IMG/VR virus record: IMGVR_UViG_3300017917_002938
Location: 32,001-96,000 of that record
Strand: one strand, 5' to 3'
DNA length: 64,000 nt
Source of the DNA: a virus
Below, one piece after another: positions 10,826 through 21,007 of this stretch. The position numbers and the translations under genes are program-made. The notes beneath the pieces were generated by a model. The model was not told the DNA's origin. It made no database searches and saw nothing but the letters and a program-made list of their open reading frames with translations. The first letter of the stretch is position 1, and the number at the start of each line of letters is the position of its first letter.

Positions 10826-12072
10826 TATTTTAGTCCTAACTTATTACAATCGAATGTTATTGAATGCTTGAACTTGCGTTCCTCAAGATATACGATGTGT
10901 CTTAATCTTGTTATTAAGTAATTACCTGAATGTAAAGGATCGCTTTTTTCTGTCTGCTCAACTCCTGACGCATCAGGCAATTCTAGCTTTACCATCATAC
11001 CGGCGGCGAGTTGTGAATCTCCGTGCACCTCCACTCTCACCATACTCTCATTAAACAGAGAGAAAAAAGCTGTCCTATAACCTAACATGTCGCCTACAAA
11101 ATCATTAGGTCTACTGCTATCAGTAGCAATAAAATATCTCTGACCTCCACTTTCATTTTCAGAAATAAACTGATCAGAATTGTTTATTGAGGATTTAGTT
11201 GACGCGTAAGGTATTTTACTTTTTTGTTGTGATAGTTTGAACTCAACATCGTTGTATTTTTTAGTTTTTAAATCAAATACTTTTACCTTGTTACTTAAAG
11301 TACCAGATTGAGTTTTACGGTACGTATCAAACGAAGTCAAGTGTTGGAAATTTATTATATTTCTAAACTGAAAATTTCTTGATTCTTTATTAGTATTGAC
11401 CCCTGGTAGTGCTCTAAATATTCTGTTTTCAGAAACTGTTTTCTCTTCTTCTATAAGTTGTTCTATACTTTTGAACTGAAACCCATATTGGTTTTCAAAA
11501 AATACGTACACACCACCTGTAGGTGCTTTACTAACAGCTCTCATTTTTAAAAAATCAATAGCTTGAAGCCCTTGCATTTTAGGTATAATAAGATTAACAA
11601 TACCTTTTGTGTCTTCTATAGCTACCGTCTTTTTTGATTTGATTTTATTTTTTAAAATATCTATTACGATATTAGATATAGAATCTTTATATCCATTTTC
11701 AACTACCACGTTTGCACTACTAAAGTGCTCAGCAGAAACTGCCCTGATAACGTAAGCTGCACTCGTACCAGTGGTATTAATAACTTTATTGTTTACGCTA
11801 AAGACCTTAAGCTTGTAAATTGTCTCTTTATCTCGGAAAGGAGATGTAAACTTTACTGTAATTTCTTCTTCACCTACAATAGGAAGCTTACCTATTAAAT
11901 TAATAGAGTCCTGAACTACAAACTCAGCATACACAGTAGGTTCATAAATGTCTTCATAAATTGAAAATGTTATAACTTGTCCTCTGATATCAATATCATT
12001 ACCTCCGAGAACAGATTTTATTCTCAGACTAACAAGATTGATATCTCCTAATTCGTAATTACTAGTTCTCAT
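10825..12072 (-). CDS. Baseplate hub protein (gp27/late-control-D-like)
   Basis: SIYEDIYEP..GEE, FFENQYGFQFKSIEQL, HGDS..AG..SGNYLITRLRH; between gp53 and gp5. Confidence 0.7.
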   Translation of the reverse strand: MRTSNYELGDINLVSLRIKSVLGGNDIDIRGQVITFSIYEDIYEPTVYAEFVVQDSINLIGKLPIVGEEEITVKFTSPFRDKETIYKLKVFSVNNKVINTTGTSAAYVIRAVSAEHFSSANVVVENGYKDSISNIVIDILKNKIKSKKTVAIEDTKGIVNLIIPKMQGLQAIDFLKMRAVSKAPTGGVYVFFENQYGFQFKSIEQLIEEEKTVSENRIFRALPGVNTNKESRNFQFRNIINFQHLTSFDTYRKTQSGTLSNKVKVFDLKTKKYNDVEFKLSQQKSKIPYASTKSSINNSDQFISENESGGQRYFIATDSSRPNDFVGDMLGYRTAFFSLFNESMVRVEVHGDSQLAAGMMVKLELPDASGVEQTEKSDPLHSGNYLITRLRHIVYLEERKFKHSITFDCNKLGLK

Positions 12073-12956
12073 GCTGGGGTCAGTACTTGCTGTAGTTCTT
12101 CTTCTATCTGTCCAATGAAGGCTTTATCAATAAGTCGAATATGCTTTTTATCTTCATTAAGCTCAGTTTCATAATCATACGCATTAATTAATTCCCAGTA
12201 AATACTTTCTGTTTCAGAAATATCGGTAGAAAGTACAGTAGCATTATTAATAATAGAGGAGCTTGATGTGTTAACTACAATAGCAGTTTTGTCCGATCTC
12301 GTAACAATGCTGCCGGAAGTACTTACAAACGTACCTGAGATGTATTGCAATACTATATTGTTACCGTAAATGTTTTTAATATATCCACTTCCTACTTCTG
12401 TACCGCCGTTAGATTGAGTTAACTTCTCACCTAGTATATACCCAGGTACCGTGTTACTGTAAGTTAATTGTATTGTCTTATTGGTCTCTACTGCAATATC
12501 AATTTGCTTTCTTGAATAGCTTACAATATTCTGGTTATATCCAACTGTAGGATTCCAGTATTTTTTTCGTGCAGCTGGTAGTGCTTGGTATTGTACAGGA
12601 GTAATTATTGAGTCGTCACCGTACCAGTTAACTCTATAAAACATAGGAGTGCTTAAAGCAGCTTCCATCGACCCATATTTTTTATTAATAAAGTTTTTAA
12701 AATCTTTATCAAACAAAGGCCATTCATAGTAAGGGTCTACTATTTCATTAGCAAGATATATTACCCAGGAATACCTAGGATCGCCGTAGTAAAAATTAGC
12801 TATAGTATCCGGGCGCTGACCTTCTGTAACCGTGTATGGGTAAAATATATTAATTGTTTTTCTTGTAAGCTCGTTAAATTTAACGCTAGCAAGAATGTTT
12901 AACGCAGGGTTGTTGAGGTAGTCTATTATCGGAAATTTTTCAAAATAATTGTACAT
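12069..12956 (-). CDS. Baseplate wedge subunit (T4 gp53)
   Basis: YFEKFPII, GQRPDTIANFYYGDPRYSWVIYLANEIVDPYYEWP, AYDYETELNE. Confidence 0.9.
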   Translation of the reverse strand: MYNYFEKFPIIDYLNNPALNILASVKFNELTRKTINIFYPYTVTEGQRPDTIANFYYGDPRYSWVIYLANEIVDPYYEWPLFDKDFKNFINKKYGSMEAALSTPMFYRVNWYGDDSIITPVQYQALPAARKKYWNPTVGYNQNIVSYSRKQIDIAVETNKTIQLTYSNTVPGYILGEKLTQSNGGTEVGSGYIKNIYGNNIVLQYISGTFVSTSGSIVTRSDKTAIVVNTSSSSIINNATVLSTDISETESIYWELINAYDYETELNEDKKHIRLIDKAFIGQIEEELQQVLTPA

Positions 12957-12970
12957 GCTAGGTCTCCGAT

Positions 12971-14068
12971 TTAACCAACGTTGTTAATGTCTCTAGGTTC
13001 AGTAGTTGCTGAACCGTATCTCTGAGATGATTCACCAGTAGATACTTTTCCACCAGACTCACTGAACGCTGCAAAATTATCAATAACGTCCTTTCTTACC
13101 CATGGCTCAATTTCACCGAAATTAAGTGATAATTCTATTTCTACTGGTTCCCTTGTACCTGCAAAAAAAGCTGGAGTACCCTGAGGTGCAAAATTAACTG
13201 ACATAGATTTTAAATGACACTTCTTAATAAAGTATAAGTTGTCAATAGCTGGCCCAAACGATATGTCGCAAACATCAGGAAATGTGTAAGTTAGTCTGTG
13301 AGTTCCTTCGTCGGGGTGCATTCTTACTTTAAATTCTTTAATAATTCTTCTTAGCTCTCTACTTTCATCTGGAGAGTTTGGAGAAAATTTATATGAGAAG
13401 GAATGCTCTCTTAAATTAATACCCTGAAATTGGAGTGCTTGGAAAGGATTCAAAACCGTACCGGTATATCTTTCGAAAGCAGTTCCTGCCGTATCACTGA
13501 TACTACCGACTACGGTTCTAGCTGCGTAAGTCATAGCCTCACTGCTAGAAACTGTTTGACCTAGATTTTTAAAGATCTCTCTTACTTGTTTATCAGAAAC
13601 ATTTTTACCTTTGAAAGCATCATCTAGCCCTTTTATAAGACCTGTATCTTTCAAAACTCCAAAAAGTCCAATCTGCTTATCTGCATAACTCATATTGTGA
13701 GCGTCTATTAGATTGGAAGGAATAGGAAGTTTGATTACCGATTTAATTTTTTCAGTAGTTGATTGTGTCGGGTTAGTTCGAGAAAGCGTATGAAATTTAA
13801 ATTGAACGTAATAGTCTTTGAGGGTGGATGGATATTGGTAATTGCCTCCCTCTTTGTATTTTTCTGCTGCTTTAGTTGGACTAGAGCTATCAAAAAAAGC
13901 AGGTGGCATCGCGTCAGCCGGTGTAAGCTGACCTGTTTTAACGTTCAAAGAACTACCTCCAGCAGAACCTCCTGGCACATTTTTTGTTTGTGAGCTTGCT
14001 TTAAGTACTTGGGAAAGTGCTGCAACCGCGGTTGCTGCTGTTAATAACTTGGTTATGACCGTTGCCAT
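12971..14068 (-). CDS. Baseplate tail-tube cap (T4 gp48)
   Basis: LNPFQALQFQGINLREHSFSYKFSPNSPDES..IIKEFK..PVEIELSLNFGEIE. Confidence 0.85.
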   Translation of the reverse strand: MATVITKLLTAATAVAALSQVLKASSQTKNVPGGSAGGSSLNVKTGQLTPADAMPPAFFDSSSPTKAAEKYKEGGNYQYPSTLKDYYVQFKFHTLSRTNPTQSTTEKIKSVIKLPIPSNLIDAHNMSYADKQIGLFGVLKDTGLIKGLDDAFKGKNVSDKQVREIFKNLGQTVSSSEAMTYAARTVVGSISDTAGTAFERYTGTVLNPFQALQFQGINLREHSFSYKFSPNSPDESRELRRIIKEFKVRMHPDEGTHRLTYTFPDVCDISFGPAIDNLYFIKKCHLKSMSVNFAPQGTPAFFAGTREPVEIELSLNFGEIEPWVRKDVIDNFAAFSESGGKVSTGESSQRYGSATTEPRDINNVG

Positions 14069-14073
14069 AAATA
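14066..14073 (+). promoter_or_regulatory. T4-type late promoter variant (CATAAATA)
   Basis: One mismatch to TATAAATA, 6 nt before the gp4 ATG at the start of the plus-strand late operon. Confidence 0.6.
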
Positions 14074-14079
14074 CTCTCT

Positions 14080-14520
14080 ATGAGTTATAAGGGATTTTTT
14101 AAGCCTAGGAATCCATCTAAATATAGAGGAGATCCTACAAAAATTATTTATCGTAGTTCTTGGGAACTACGATTGATGTCGTATTTAGATAGCCATCCAG
14201 ACGTAGTTGAATGGGCTAGCGAAGAGTTCTGTATTCCTTATCGCTCCCCTATAGATGGCAAGATTCACAGGTATTTTCCTGATTTCTACATTAAAAAGAA
14301 AAGTGCTTCTACAGGTTTGATAGAATCTATAGTCGTAGAAGTAAAACCTATGTCGCAATCGATGCCACCTACTGTTAAGAAAAAACCAACAAAAAGGTAT
14401 CTAAAAGAAGTTATGACTTGGGGTGTGAACGAAGCAAAATGGAAAGCAGCTAAAGCTTTTTGCGAGGATAGAAAATGGAAGTTTCAAGTAATGACCGAAC
14501 GAGAATTAGGAATTAAATAA
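14080..14520 (+). CDS. Head completion nuclease (T4 gp4)
   Basis: YKGFFKPRNPSKYRGDPTKIIYRSSWE..HRYFPDF..EVKP..NEAKW. Confidence 0.93.
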   Translation: MSYKGFFKPRNPSKYRGDPTKIIYRSSWELRLMSYLDSHPDVVEWASEEFCIPYRSPIDGKIHRYFPDFYIKKKSASTGLIESIVVEVKPMSQSMPPTVKKKPTKRYLKEVMTWGVNEAKWKAAKAFCEDRKWKFQVMTERELGIK

Positions 14521-15116
14521 TGGCCGATTATTTTTCAAATCTGTTGAAAACCAGTACTTACAAACAAAGCATGCCTGCTAAAACCGCAGAGGCTGTTACG
14601 TGGTATAGAAAAAAAGCATCGGGCGTACCCACATTGAAGCCTGAAACTTCAATTAAAAAGCTTACCAATCAAGCTGTAAATACAGTAAGACCAGGTAGAC
14701 TTTATCTATACGGATATGATCCAAAACTTAAAAATGTTTTACCTTACTATGATATGTTTCCTATAGTATTTCCATTTGCAAAAACTCCTAACGGGTTTAT
14801 GGGTATAAACATGCACTATTTACCTCTTGTACTGAGAGCCAAGTTGATGGATAACCTTACAACATTAATCAATAATGACAAAGAAGATGAAACTACCAAA
14901 CTAAGACTATCTTATGATATTCTTAATAGCGCGGCTAGATTTAAATACTTTAAACCTTGTGTAAAACAGTATCTAAATAGTCATGTAAGAACACGTCTAA
15001 TTGAAATAACCCCCGCTCAATGGGAAACAGCTATTTTTCTACCTCTACAACGTTTTGCAAAAGCTAGTAACGAAAAGGTTTGGAAAGACAGTAGAGCAAT
15101 TATAAACAGGAATTAA
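14520..15116 (+). CDS. DNA end protector protein (T4 gp2)
   Basis: YDPKLKNVLPYYDMFP..GINMHYLP..PCVKQYL..FLP. Confidence 0.92.
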   Translation: MADYFSNLLKTSTYKQSMPAKTAEAVTWYRKKASGVPTLKPETSIKKLTNQAVNTVRPGRLYLYGYDPKLKNVLPYYDMFPIVFPFAKTPNGFMGINMHYLPLVLRAKLMDNLTTLINNDKEDETTKLRLSYDILNSAARFKYFKPCVKQYLNSHVRTRLIEITPAQWETAIFLPLQRFAKASNEKVWKDSRAIINRN

Positions 15117-15117
15117 A

Positions 15118-16014
15118 ATGGCTTTATCGGACTCTATAGGAAGAGCACTATCACAAACTAATCAGGTTGCTGGAGTAGTTAGCGGCCTTTCTCCTCTCCT
15201 ACCTCAATCAGTAAGAGATAGTTTAGGAGAACTATTCGGATTCAAGAAGAAACCAGCCTCGCCTAGAGGATTGAATCTGATGCTATCGAGATTAAACAAG
15301 CTCAACGGAGTATCTCGTCCTAGCTTGTTTTATGTTAAAATTAACCCGCCTCCTTTCTTAGCTCAGGTAGGAAAAGTAACTGAAGATCTTCAGTTCTTAA
15401 CCGAATCTTGCGCGTTGCCTGGCATATCGCTAGCTACTACAGATATAAGAAGATTCGGATATGGTCCAACGGAGAAGAAGCCGTACGCACCTATATTCAC
15501 AGATCAGACGATGACATTTTTAGGAGATGGTAGGGGAACAGTACACAAATTTTTTTACCAATGGCTTAACGGCATGGTAAAGTTCACTGGACCTACATCT
15601 GATACTTACTATTCAGGACCACCAGGTTTACCTACGTTTGAAGTAGAATACAAAACAAACTATCGAACCGATATTGAAATAGTTACGTATGATGAGCTGC
15701 ATAGACAGATTATTATTGTAAAGATGTACGAAGCATATCCTATCTTTATGGGTGATGTTGCTTTAAATTGGAATGATACAGATTCTATCATGAGAATACC
15801 TATTACCTTCTCGTACTTTAACTGGGAAAGAACTAACATCAGTATTGATTATACTGCAGGAGAAAAACCTACCGATAATAGTCTATCGCTGTTACAAAAA
15901 TTAAACAAAGTAGGAAATGCTATTCAAACACTTTCTACCATTCGTAAACCTCGTAATGTTGCTGATGTTATAAATGCTGTTAACAACAGTCAGATTGCTG
16001 TGGGTAAATTTTAA
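15118..16014 (+). CDS. Baseplate tail-tube initiator (T4 gp54)
   Basis: SRPSLFYV, ESCALPG, EAYPIFMGDVALNW..IPITFSY. Confidence 0.8.
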   Translation: MALSDSIGRALSQTNQVAGVVSGLSPLLPQSVRDSLGELFGFKKKPASPRGLNLMLSRLNKLNGVSRPSLFYVKINPPPFLAQVGKVTEDLQFLTESCALPGISLATTDIRRFGYGPTEKKPYAPIFTDQTMTFLGDGRGTVHKFFYQWLNGMVKFTGPTSDTYYSGPPGLPTFEVEYKTNYRTDIEIVTYDELHRQIIIVKMYEAYPIFMGDVALNWNDTDSIMRIPITFSYFNWERTNISIDYTAGEKPTDNSLSLLQKLNKVGNAIQTLSTIRKPRNVADVINAVNNSQIAVGKF

Positions 16015-16028
16015 ATTAAGGAGTTATA

Positions 16029-16739
16029 ATGGCTTTACCAAAAATTGAATATCCAACCTTTGAATTGACACTTCCTTCGTCAAAACGAAAAATAAACTAT
16101 AGACCATTTCTAGTAAAAGAAGAAAAACTTTTACTGATGGCTCAATCCAGTGAAGACTCAAAAGAAATAGTAAACTCTATTCGACAAGTACTTAATAATT
16201 GTATTTTGACTGAAGGTATAGAAGTTGACTCTTTAACTACATTTGATCTGGAATATTTGTTTGTTAAAATTAGAGCTAAGTCAGTAAATAACATGATTAG
16301 TCTTACATACAGAGACATGGAAGATGATCAGCGATATACGGTTGAGGTTGATTTAGATCAGATTGAGATTATAGAAGATCCTGAACACAATAATGATATT
16401 AAGATAAACGAAACCACAGGTATCATTCTTAGACATCCAAAAGCAGATTTAAGTAACTTGTTAAAAGACACTCAGAATGAAATGGATGTATTCTTTGATA
16501 TTCTCAAATATTGTATTGAGACTGTATATCAAGGTAGTGAAAGATTTGACTTTCAAGATAATACTGAAGAAGAAAAGGATGAGTTTATTAGCTCATTAAA
16601 TGTAGAGTCATTTAAGCAAATACAAAAATATTTTTCTACCATGCCAAAACTTCACTATGAAGTGAAGTATACTAATAGTCAAGGAACTGAAAGAATAATT
16701 ACGCTGACCACTCTTAACGATTTTTTTTCGTTGGGCTGA
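16029..16739 (+). CDS. Baseplate hub assembly protein (T4 gp26)
   Basis: MALPKIEYPTFELTLPS..YRPFLVKEEKLLLMA..FDLEYLFVKIRAKSV..LNDFF. Confidence 0.92.
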   Translation: MALPKIEYPTFELTLPSSKRKINYRPFLVKEEKLLLMAQSSEDSKEIVNSIRQVLNNCILTEGIEVDSLTTFDLEYLFVKIRAKSVNNMISLTYRDMEDDQRYTVEVDLDQIEIIEDPEHNNDIKINETTGIILRHPKADLSNLLKDTQNEMDVFFDILKYCIETVYQGSERFDFQDNTEEEKDEFISSLNVESFKQIQKYFSTMPKLHYEVKYTNSQGTERIITLTTLNDFFSLG

Positions 16740-16918
16740 GCCATAACTCATTAGCAAATTATTACACGCTAGTGTTCAGCTTGGCCCAGCACCACAAGTG
16801 GTCAGTAACCGAGATTGAAAACATGATACCCTTTGAGCGCGATTTGTACGTTGATATGTTAAGGGATTACCTAGAACGAGAAGAAGAACGTATAAAGAAT
16901 AAGCAACGAAATGGGTAA
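16721..16918 (+). CDS. gp51-like baseplate hub assembly segment, probably reached by -1 frameshift from gp26
   Basis: -1 frame after the T8 run reads FVGLSHNSLANYYTLVFSLAQHHKWSVTEIENMIPFERDLYVDMLRDYLEREEERIKNKQRNG*; no upstream ATG/RBS. Confidence 0.75.
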   Translation, partial: FFFVGLSHNSLANYYTLVFSLAQHHKWSVTEIENMIPFERDLYVDMLRDYLEREEERIKNKQRNG

Positions 16919-18287
16919 AGCAAGTAGAAAGAAAAAAGAAGCTAGAGCCTCTAAAGCCTTAGCCAAAGCTAGTCCTGAAGTACAAGCGGCAGCAGAAGAA
17001 GCTGCCGAAGCTGCTTCCGGGGCTATCGATATGGGTGGTGGTCTATCAACCCAAGAAGGAAAAGTTGCTGATCAATTAAACGGATATTCACTTGAAATAA
17101 AAGCTACTCTTACTTCTATGGAAGAGACGCTAAACATTATAAGAGAATACTCCCGTCCAACAATAACAGAAGAAGTTGTGCCAGAACAAAAATCTCTGTA
17201 TTCACAAATAGGTGAAACAACCGGCAATGTTAAAAAAGCAGGATTAGATGTTGCTAAATTTGCTTTACTTTTTCCTTTACTAGTATCAGAAGAAGTAAGA
17301 AAAAAAGTATTAGCTATGTGGGAAGGTTTTCTAGAAGGATTAGGTCTAGGAAAAGAAAAAATAGAACTGTTTACAAAAATAATTAAAGTAGTAGGTGGTT
17401 TGCTAGTTTTATATTGGGGCGCTAAAACTATTAAGCGAGTATTCGATGCTTTTAATAGTATGTACAAGTTAGCACAACTTATGACTGTAGCTGCATTAAT
17501 TACTGATTCAAAAGAAGTAAAAATTGAAAAAGAAAGACAATCGGCAGAAAAAGGTAAAAAAGATCTAAGAAGACAACGAGCAAAGGTTAGATTAGAAAAA
17601 AGAAAAGCTGGTAGACTGAAAGGTCTTAAAAGACTAGCCAAAGTTATAGCTGGAATAGGTCCTTTAATTGGTAAACGTGTCATAGCTGCAATACCGTTTA
17701 TAGGTACAGTGGCCTCAGTAGCGTTTTTAGTAGCCGAACTTGGTGAAGAAGCTTTCAGTGCTATGGATGAGGCAGAAGAGGAAGAAATAACAAAACTTGT
17801 TCCTTTATCTGCTGAAGAAAAGCAACTTCTAAAAGATGAAGGCTATACGGACGAACAGATTAAAGAAATGGAAGACGAGGTAGCTGCTAATAGAGCAAGA
17901 TATGATAAAGATCTAGCTACTTTGAGAAGAAACAAAGAAGAATATGAGGAAAGATTACGAAACGGTCTAGTATCACCCGATGAAATGATGGGTGGTAGTA
18001 ATTATGATGTACAGATAGAAGTTTTAGAAAGCAGGTTGAGAGAGGCTGATAAACGTGCCGCAGAGGCTAGCTTTAATCCTACTTTCGAACTAGAAAGCCC
18101 TGACACGGACAGAGCAATAGTACCAGAACCTGTCTCTGGGGTATCTATTGAATCGGTACCATCGGCTGATAGTAGTTCAGTTAGAGAAAAGAGTGAGTTG
18201 TCGGTAGCAGATAGAAGAGATGTAGCGCTTGGTGATACTAATATTCTAAACGTATTTAACAATAACACTATTTTAGTGGCAGAATAA
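16911..18287 (+). CDS. Tape-measure-like/baseplate hub protein, part 1
   Basis: Helical, Ala/Lys/Glu-rich with hydrophobic segments; follows gp26/51 where gp29-like genes sit. Confidence 0.55.
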   Translation: MGKASRKKKEARASKALAKASPEVQAAAEEAAEAASGAIDMGGGLSTQEGKVADQLNGYSLEIKATLTSMEETLNIIREYSRPTITEEVVPEQKSLYSQIGETTGNVKKAGLDVAKFALLFPLLVSEEVRKKVLAMWEGFLEGLGLGKEKIELFTKIIKVVGGLLVLYWGAKTIKRVFDAFNSMYKLAQLMTVAALITDSKEVKIEKERQSAEKGKKDLRRQRAKVRLEKRKAGRLKGLKRLAKVIAGIGPLIGKRVIAAIPFIGTVASVAFLVAELGEEAFSAMDEAEEEEITKLVPLSAEEKQLLKDEGYTDEQIKEMEDEVAANRARYDKDLATLRRNKEEYEERLRNGLVSPDEMMGGSNYDVQIEVLESRLREADKRAAEASFNPTFELESPDTDRAIVPEPVSGVSIESVPSADSSSVREKSELSVADRRDVALGDTNILNVFNNNTILVAE

Positions 18288-18288
18288 A

Positions 18289-20004
18289 ATGATAGTAGAA
18301 AACGTTAACGTAAAAAGAGAAGACGCTCCTGCGTACGTAAAGCAGTTGTCAGAAGCTACTGCCTTGAAACAGATTAAAATGTTTCTTCCTAAGTTTGTTC
18401 AAAGCTCAGAAGATAGAATAAAAAAACTAGAAAATGCAACTAATAAGACGGCTTTAAGTAAAAAAGGAGTTGAATCGCTAGCTAGTATTTCTAGTACAAT
18501 GAGTGAGATTTCTCAAACTCTTAAATCAATGTCGGGTGTGATAGGTAATGTTGCTAACGAACTTAAACCAGATATAAAAGAAAAGTACGACGTAGAAGAA
18601 GCTAAGCTGGAAGAAAAAGCAGGTATATCAACAACAGCCACAACAAAAGAAGGTGAAAGAGAAGTAGGATTTTTTGATGCGTTAAAATCTCTATTCACTA
18701 ATCCCGCTGTACTAGCGGCGGTAGCGGGTATCGTGTATGCTATTCTTCCAAAGAGTATACAAGATAAAATTAAAGCAGCGTTAGGTGGGTTCATAGAAGG
18801 TATCGAAATGAACACCGGTCCGCTGAGTGAAATGTCTACTGGATTAAAAATTGCAGGTGCTGCTATTGCAACATATTTTGCCGCTTCAATAGTTCAAAAA
18901 GTAGCTGATGCAGTCATAATGATGATTAACGTTGTTAAGGCGATGAAATCTGGTATTGGTAGACTTAAAAAGCTACCAGGTGTAGCTAAGTTTGCTTTAG
19001 GAGTAGCTGCGGGCGTGGGTACTGCTCTTGTGTTGAAAGATCTTTTAGATGAAGAGCCTGAAGAAGAAAAACCTAGTGCAGAGCCGGAAGCACCGAGACC
19101 TTCTAGAGATGGAAAGCCTGAAAGCAAACCTCAAGATAAAGCTTTACCTCCTGCAGGTGAATCAAAACGAGAAAAAGATAGTAAGTCGTCCTCTACTAAA
19201 AAAGGTTCAGTAAATGAAGTTATAGTAGAGAAGAGAGACGGTACTAGTAAGAAGTCTAGATCAGAAGGACCTCCTGGCTCCCTTGCTGCTATCAGAGAAA
19301 TGATTGCAGATGCTGAGAGCGGCGGAGACTATAATATAATGGTGGGTGATAGACCAGGAGGTAAACGTCTTCCATTAACAGATATGACTATAGCTGAAAT
19401 TCTTGCCTTACAAAGTAGAATGATAGCTAGTGGACGTGAATCTACCGCTGTAGGTAAGTATCAAATTATAAGAGGAACTTTAAAAGAACTAGTTGCAAAA
19501 ATGGGTATAGACTTAAATACTAAGTTTAATGAGTCAACCCAAGATACATTAGCTAATCATCTTATTAAAGGAAATGGATACGAGGATTACAAGTCCGGTA
19601 AAATTCCTGCAGAAAAATTTCTAAGAAGACTTGCGCAAACGTTTGCAGGTATTCCTACAAGTAAAGCAGGACTAAGCGCTCACCAGGGTAAAGGTTCTAA
19701 TAAAGCAACTATAACTTACGAAAGAGCTATGTCCGCTCTACGAGTTGCGCAGCTAGAATTAAATGATTCACCTTCAGTTGCAAGCGGTGCGAGTTCCGGT
19801 TCTACTATACTTGCATCTTCAGAGCGCGTAAATACTCCACAACAGAGTAGTAGCAAAGTTAATGTAACCAGCGCGACAACTAATAATGCTGACACCTTTA
19901 AGACGAAAAAAACGGAGAAGGTATCGATACCTTCTCCGTTAGCTGATAGAGGCTCTCTATATGCTGGATCAAAATTTAATCCAGTAGTAGATATGCCTGT
20001 TTAA
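18289..20004 (+). CDS. Tape-measure-like protein with C-terminal lysozyme-like muramidase domain
   Basis: Hydrophobic helices, then IADAESGGDYNI..STAVGKYQII..TL..FNESTQD motif of lambda-lysozyme-like glycosylases. Confidence 0.65.
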   Translation: MIVENVNVKREDAPAYVKQLSEATALKQIKMFLPKFVQSSEDRIKKLENATNKTALSKKGVESLASISSTMSEISQTLKSMSGVIGNVANELKPDIKEKYDVEEAKLEEKAGISTTATTKEGEREVGFFDALKSLFTNPAVLAAVAGIVYAILPKSIQDKIKAALGGFIEGIEMNTGPLSEMSTGLKIAGAAIATYFAASIVQKVADAVIMMINVVKAMKSGIGRLKKLPGVAKFALGVAAGVGTALVLKDLLDEEPEEEKPSAEPEAPRPSRDGKPESKPQDKALPPAGESKREKDSKSSSTKKGSVNEVIVEKRDGTSKKSRSEGPPGSLAAIREMIADAESGGDYNIMVGDRPGGKRLPLTDMTIAEILALQSRMIASGRESTAVGKYQIIRGTLKELVAKMGIDLNTKFNESTQDTLANHLIKGNGYEDYKSGKIPAEKFLRRLAQTFAGIPTSKAGLSAHQGKGSNKATITYERAMSALRVAQLELNDSPSVASGASSGSTILASSERVNTPQQSSSKVNVTSATTNNADTFKTKKTEKVSIPSPLADRGSLYAGSKFNPVVDMPV

Positions 20005-20927
20005 TCTTCTTTAGCTAAGTTCTTAAAGTAATTAAGAACATCGTCTGATTCCTCTCCATCCCCATCAACGGTTACCGGTGCAGGTTTTGCCTGCAAAGTC
20101 CTTTGAGGTTTAGAATCTTGTCTAGGCAACTCATCATCCTCGTCACTATCAATAGCACGAGTCTGAGGACGGTTAGTTTGACCACCGAGCCCTAAAACCT
20201 TGTTAAGCTTGGTCTTAAGCTCGTCATAAGACTTAAAGTTAGATGGTTCGAGGAATGTTTGAAGCTTATGCTCGGACTTCCAAACTTTTTCAAGTTTTTC
20301 GTCATCATCAAACAATGGACCTGCTTTATCAAACTCTGACTTATCGTAATTGCGATAACCTTCATAATTACGAATCTTTAGTTTGAAGTCTGCGCCTTCC
20401 CAAAGGTCAAACGGGTTCATAGGTTGCTCGTCTTCGAACTCTGGGTTCATTGCTGCATTCAGCTTCTCAAAGATCTTCTTACCATATTTGAATAAGAGTA
20501 CTTTACCTTCGTTCTCTGGATGCGCAGTATCTTTTACTACGTAGATATTAGAGATGAATGAGAGGCGACGTTTTTGCTTACGAACAATCTCCTTGTTTGC
20601 CTCGATACCAGAATCCCATAACTGCTTATTATACTCAGATACTGGGTCGTCTTGGCCAAGAGTGGTCAAAGACTTTTCAATATACCATCCACCAGGTCCT
20701 TGGAATCCATGATCCCAAATACGAATGAACGGAGTATCTTCCCCTGCAGGTGCGGGAAGGAAGCGAATAACAGCATAGCCGTTACCTGCTTTATCTACTT
20801 CCGGTTTCCAGAAGCGATCATCATCCGATTGACCTTGTTGTGGGGATTGAAGTTTGGTGACTTCGGTGGCGAGCTTTTCAAGCTGCGATTGACGGGATTT
20901 CTTAAGAGCTGCGAAATCGATTGACAT
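20001..20927 (-). CDS. Single-stranded DNA-binding protein (T4 gp32)
   Basis: DDRFWKPEVDKAGNGYAVIRFLPAP..HGFQGPGGWYIE..YGKKIF..NPFDLWEGADFKLKIR; acidic tail. Confidence 0.96.
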   Translation of the reverse strand: MSIDFAALKKSRQSQLEKLATEVTKLQSPQQGQSDDDRFWKPEVDKAGNGYAVIRFLPAPAGEDTPFIRIWDHGFQGPGGWYIEKSLTTLGQDDPVSEYNKQLWDSGIEANKEIVRKQKRRLSFISNIYVVKDTAHPENEGKVLLFKYGKKIFEKLNAAMNPEFEDEQPMNPFDLWEGADFKLKIRNYEGYRNYDKSEFDKAGPLFDDDEKLEKVWKSEHKLQTFLEPSNFKSYDELKTKLNKVLGLGGQTNRPQTRAIDSDEDDELPRQDSKPQRTLQAKPAPVTVDGDGEESDDVLNYFKNLAKED

Positions 20928-21007
20928 ATTTTTTCTCCTTGTATATGCGATGTATTAACGTATGCGATTTATCCACTTTATCATGATATATGATTATTTA
21001 TTATAAC

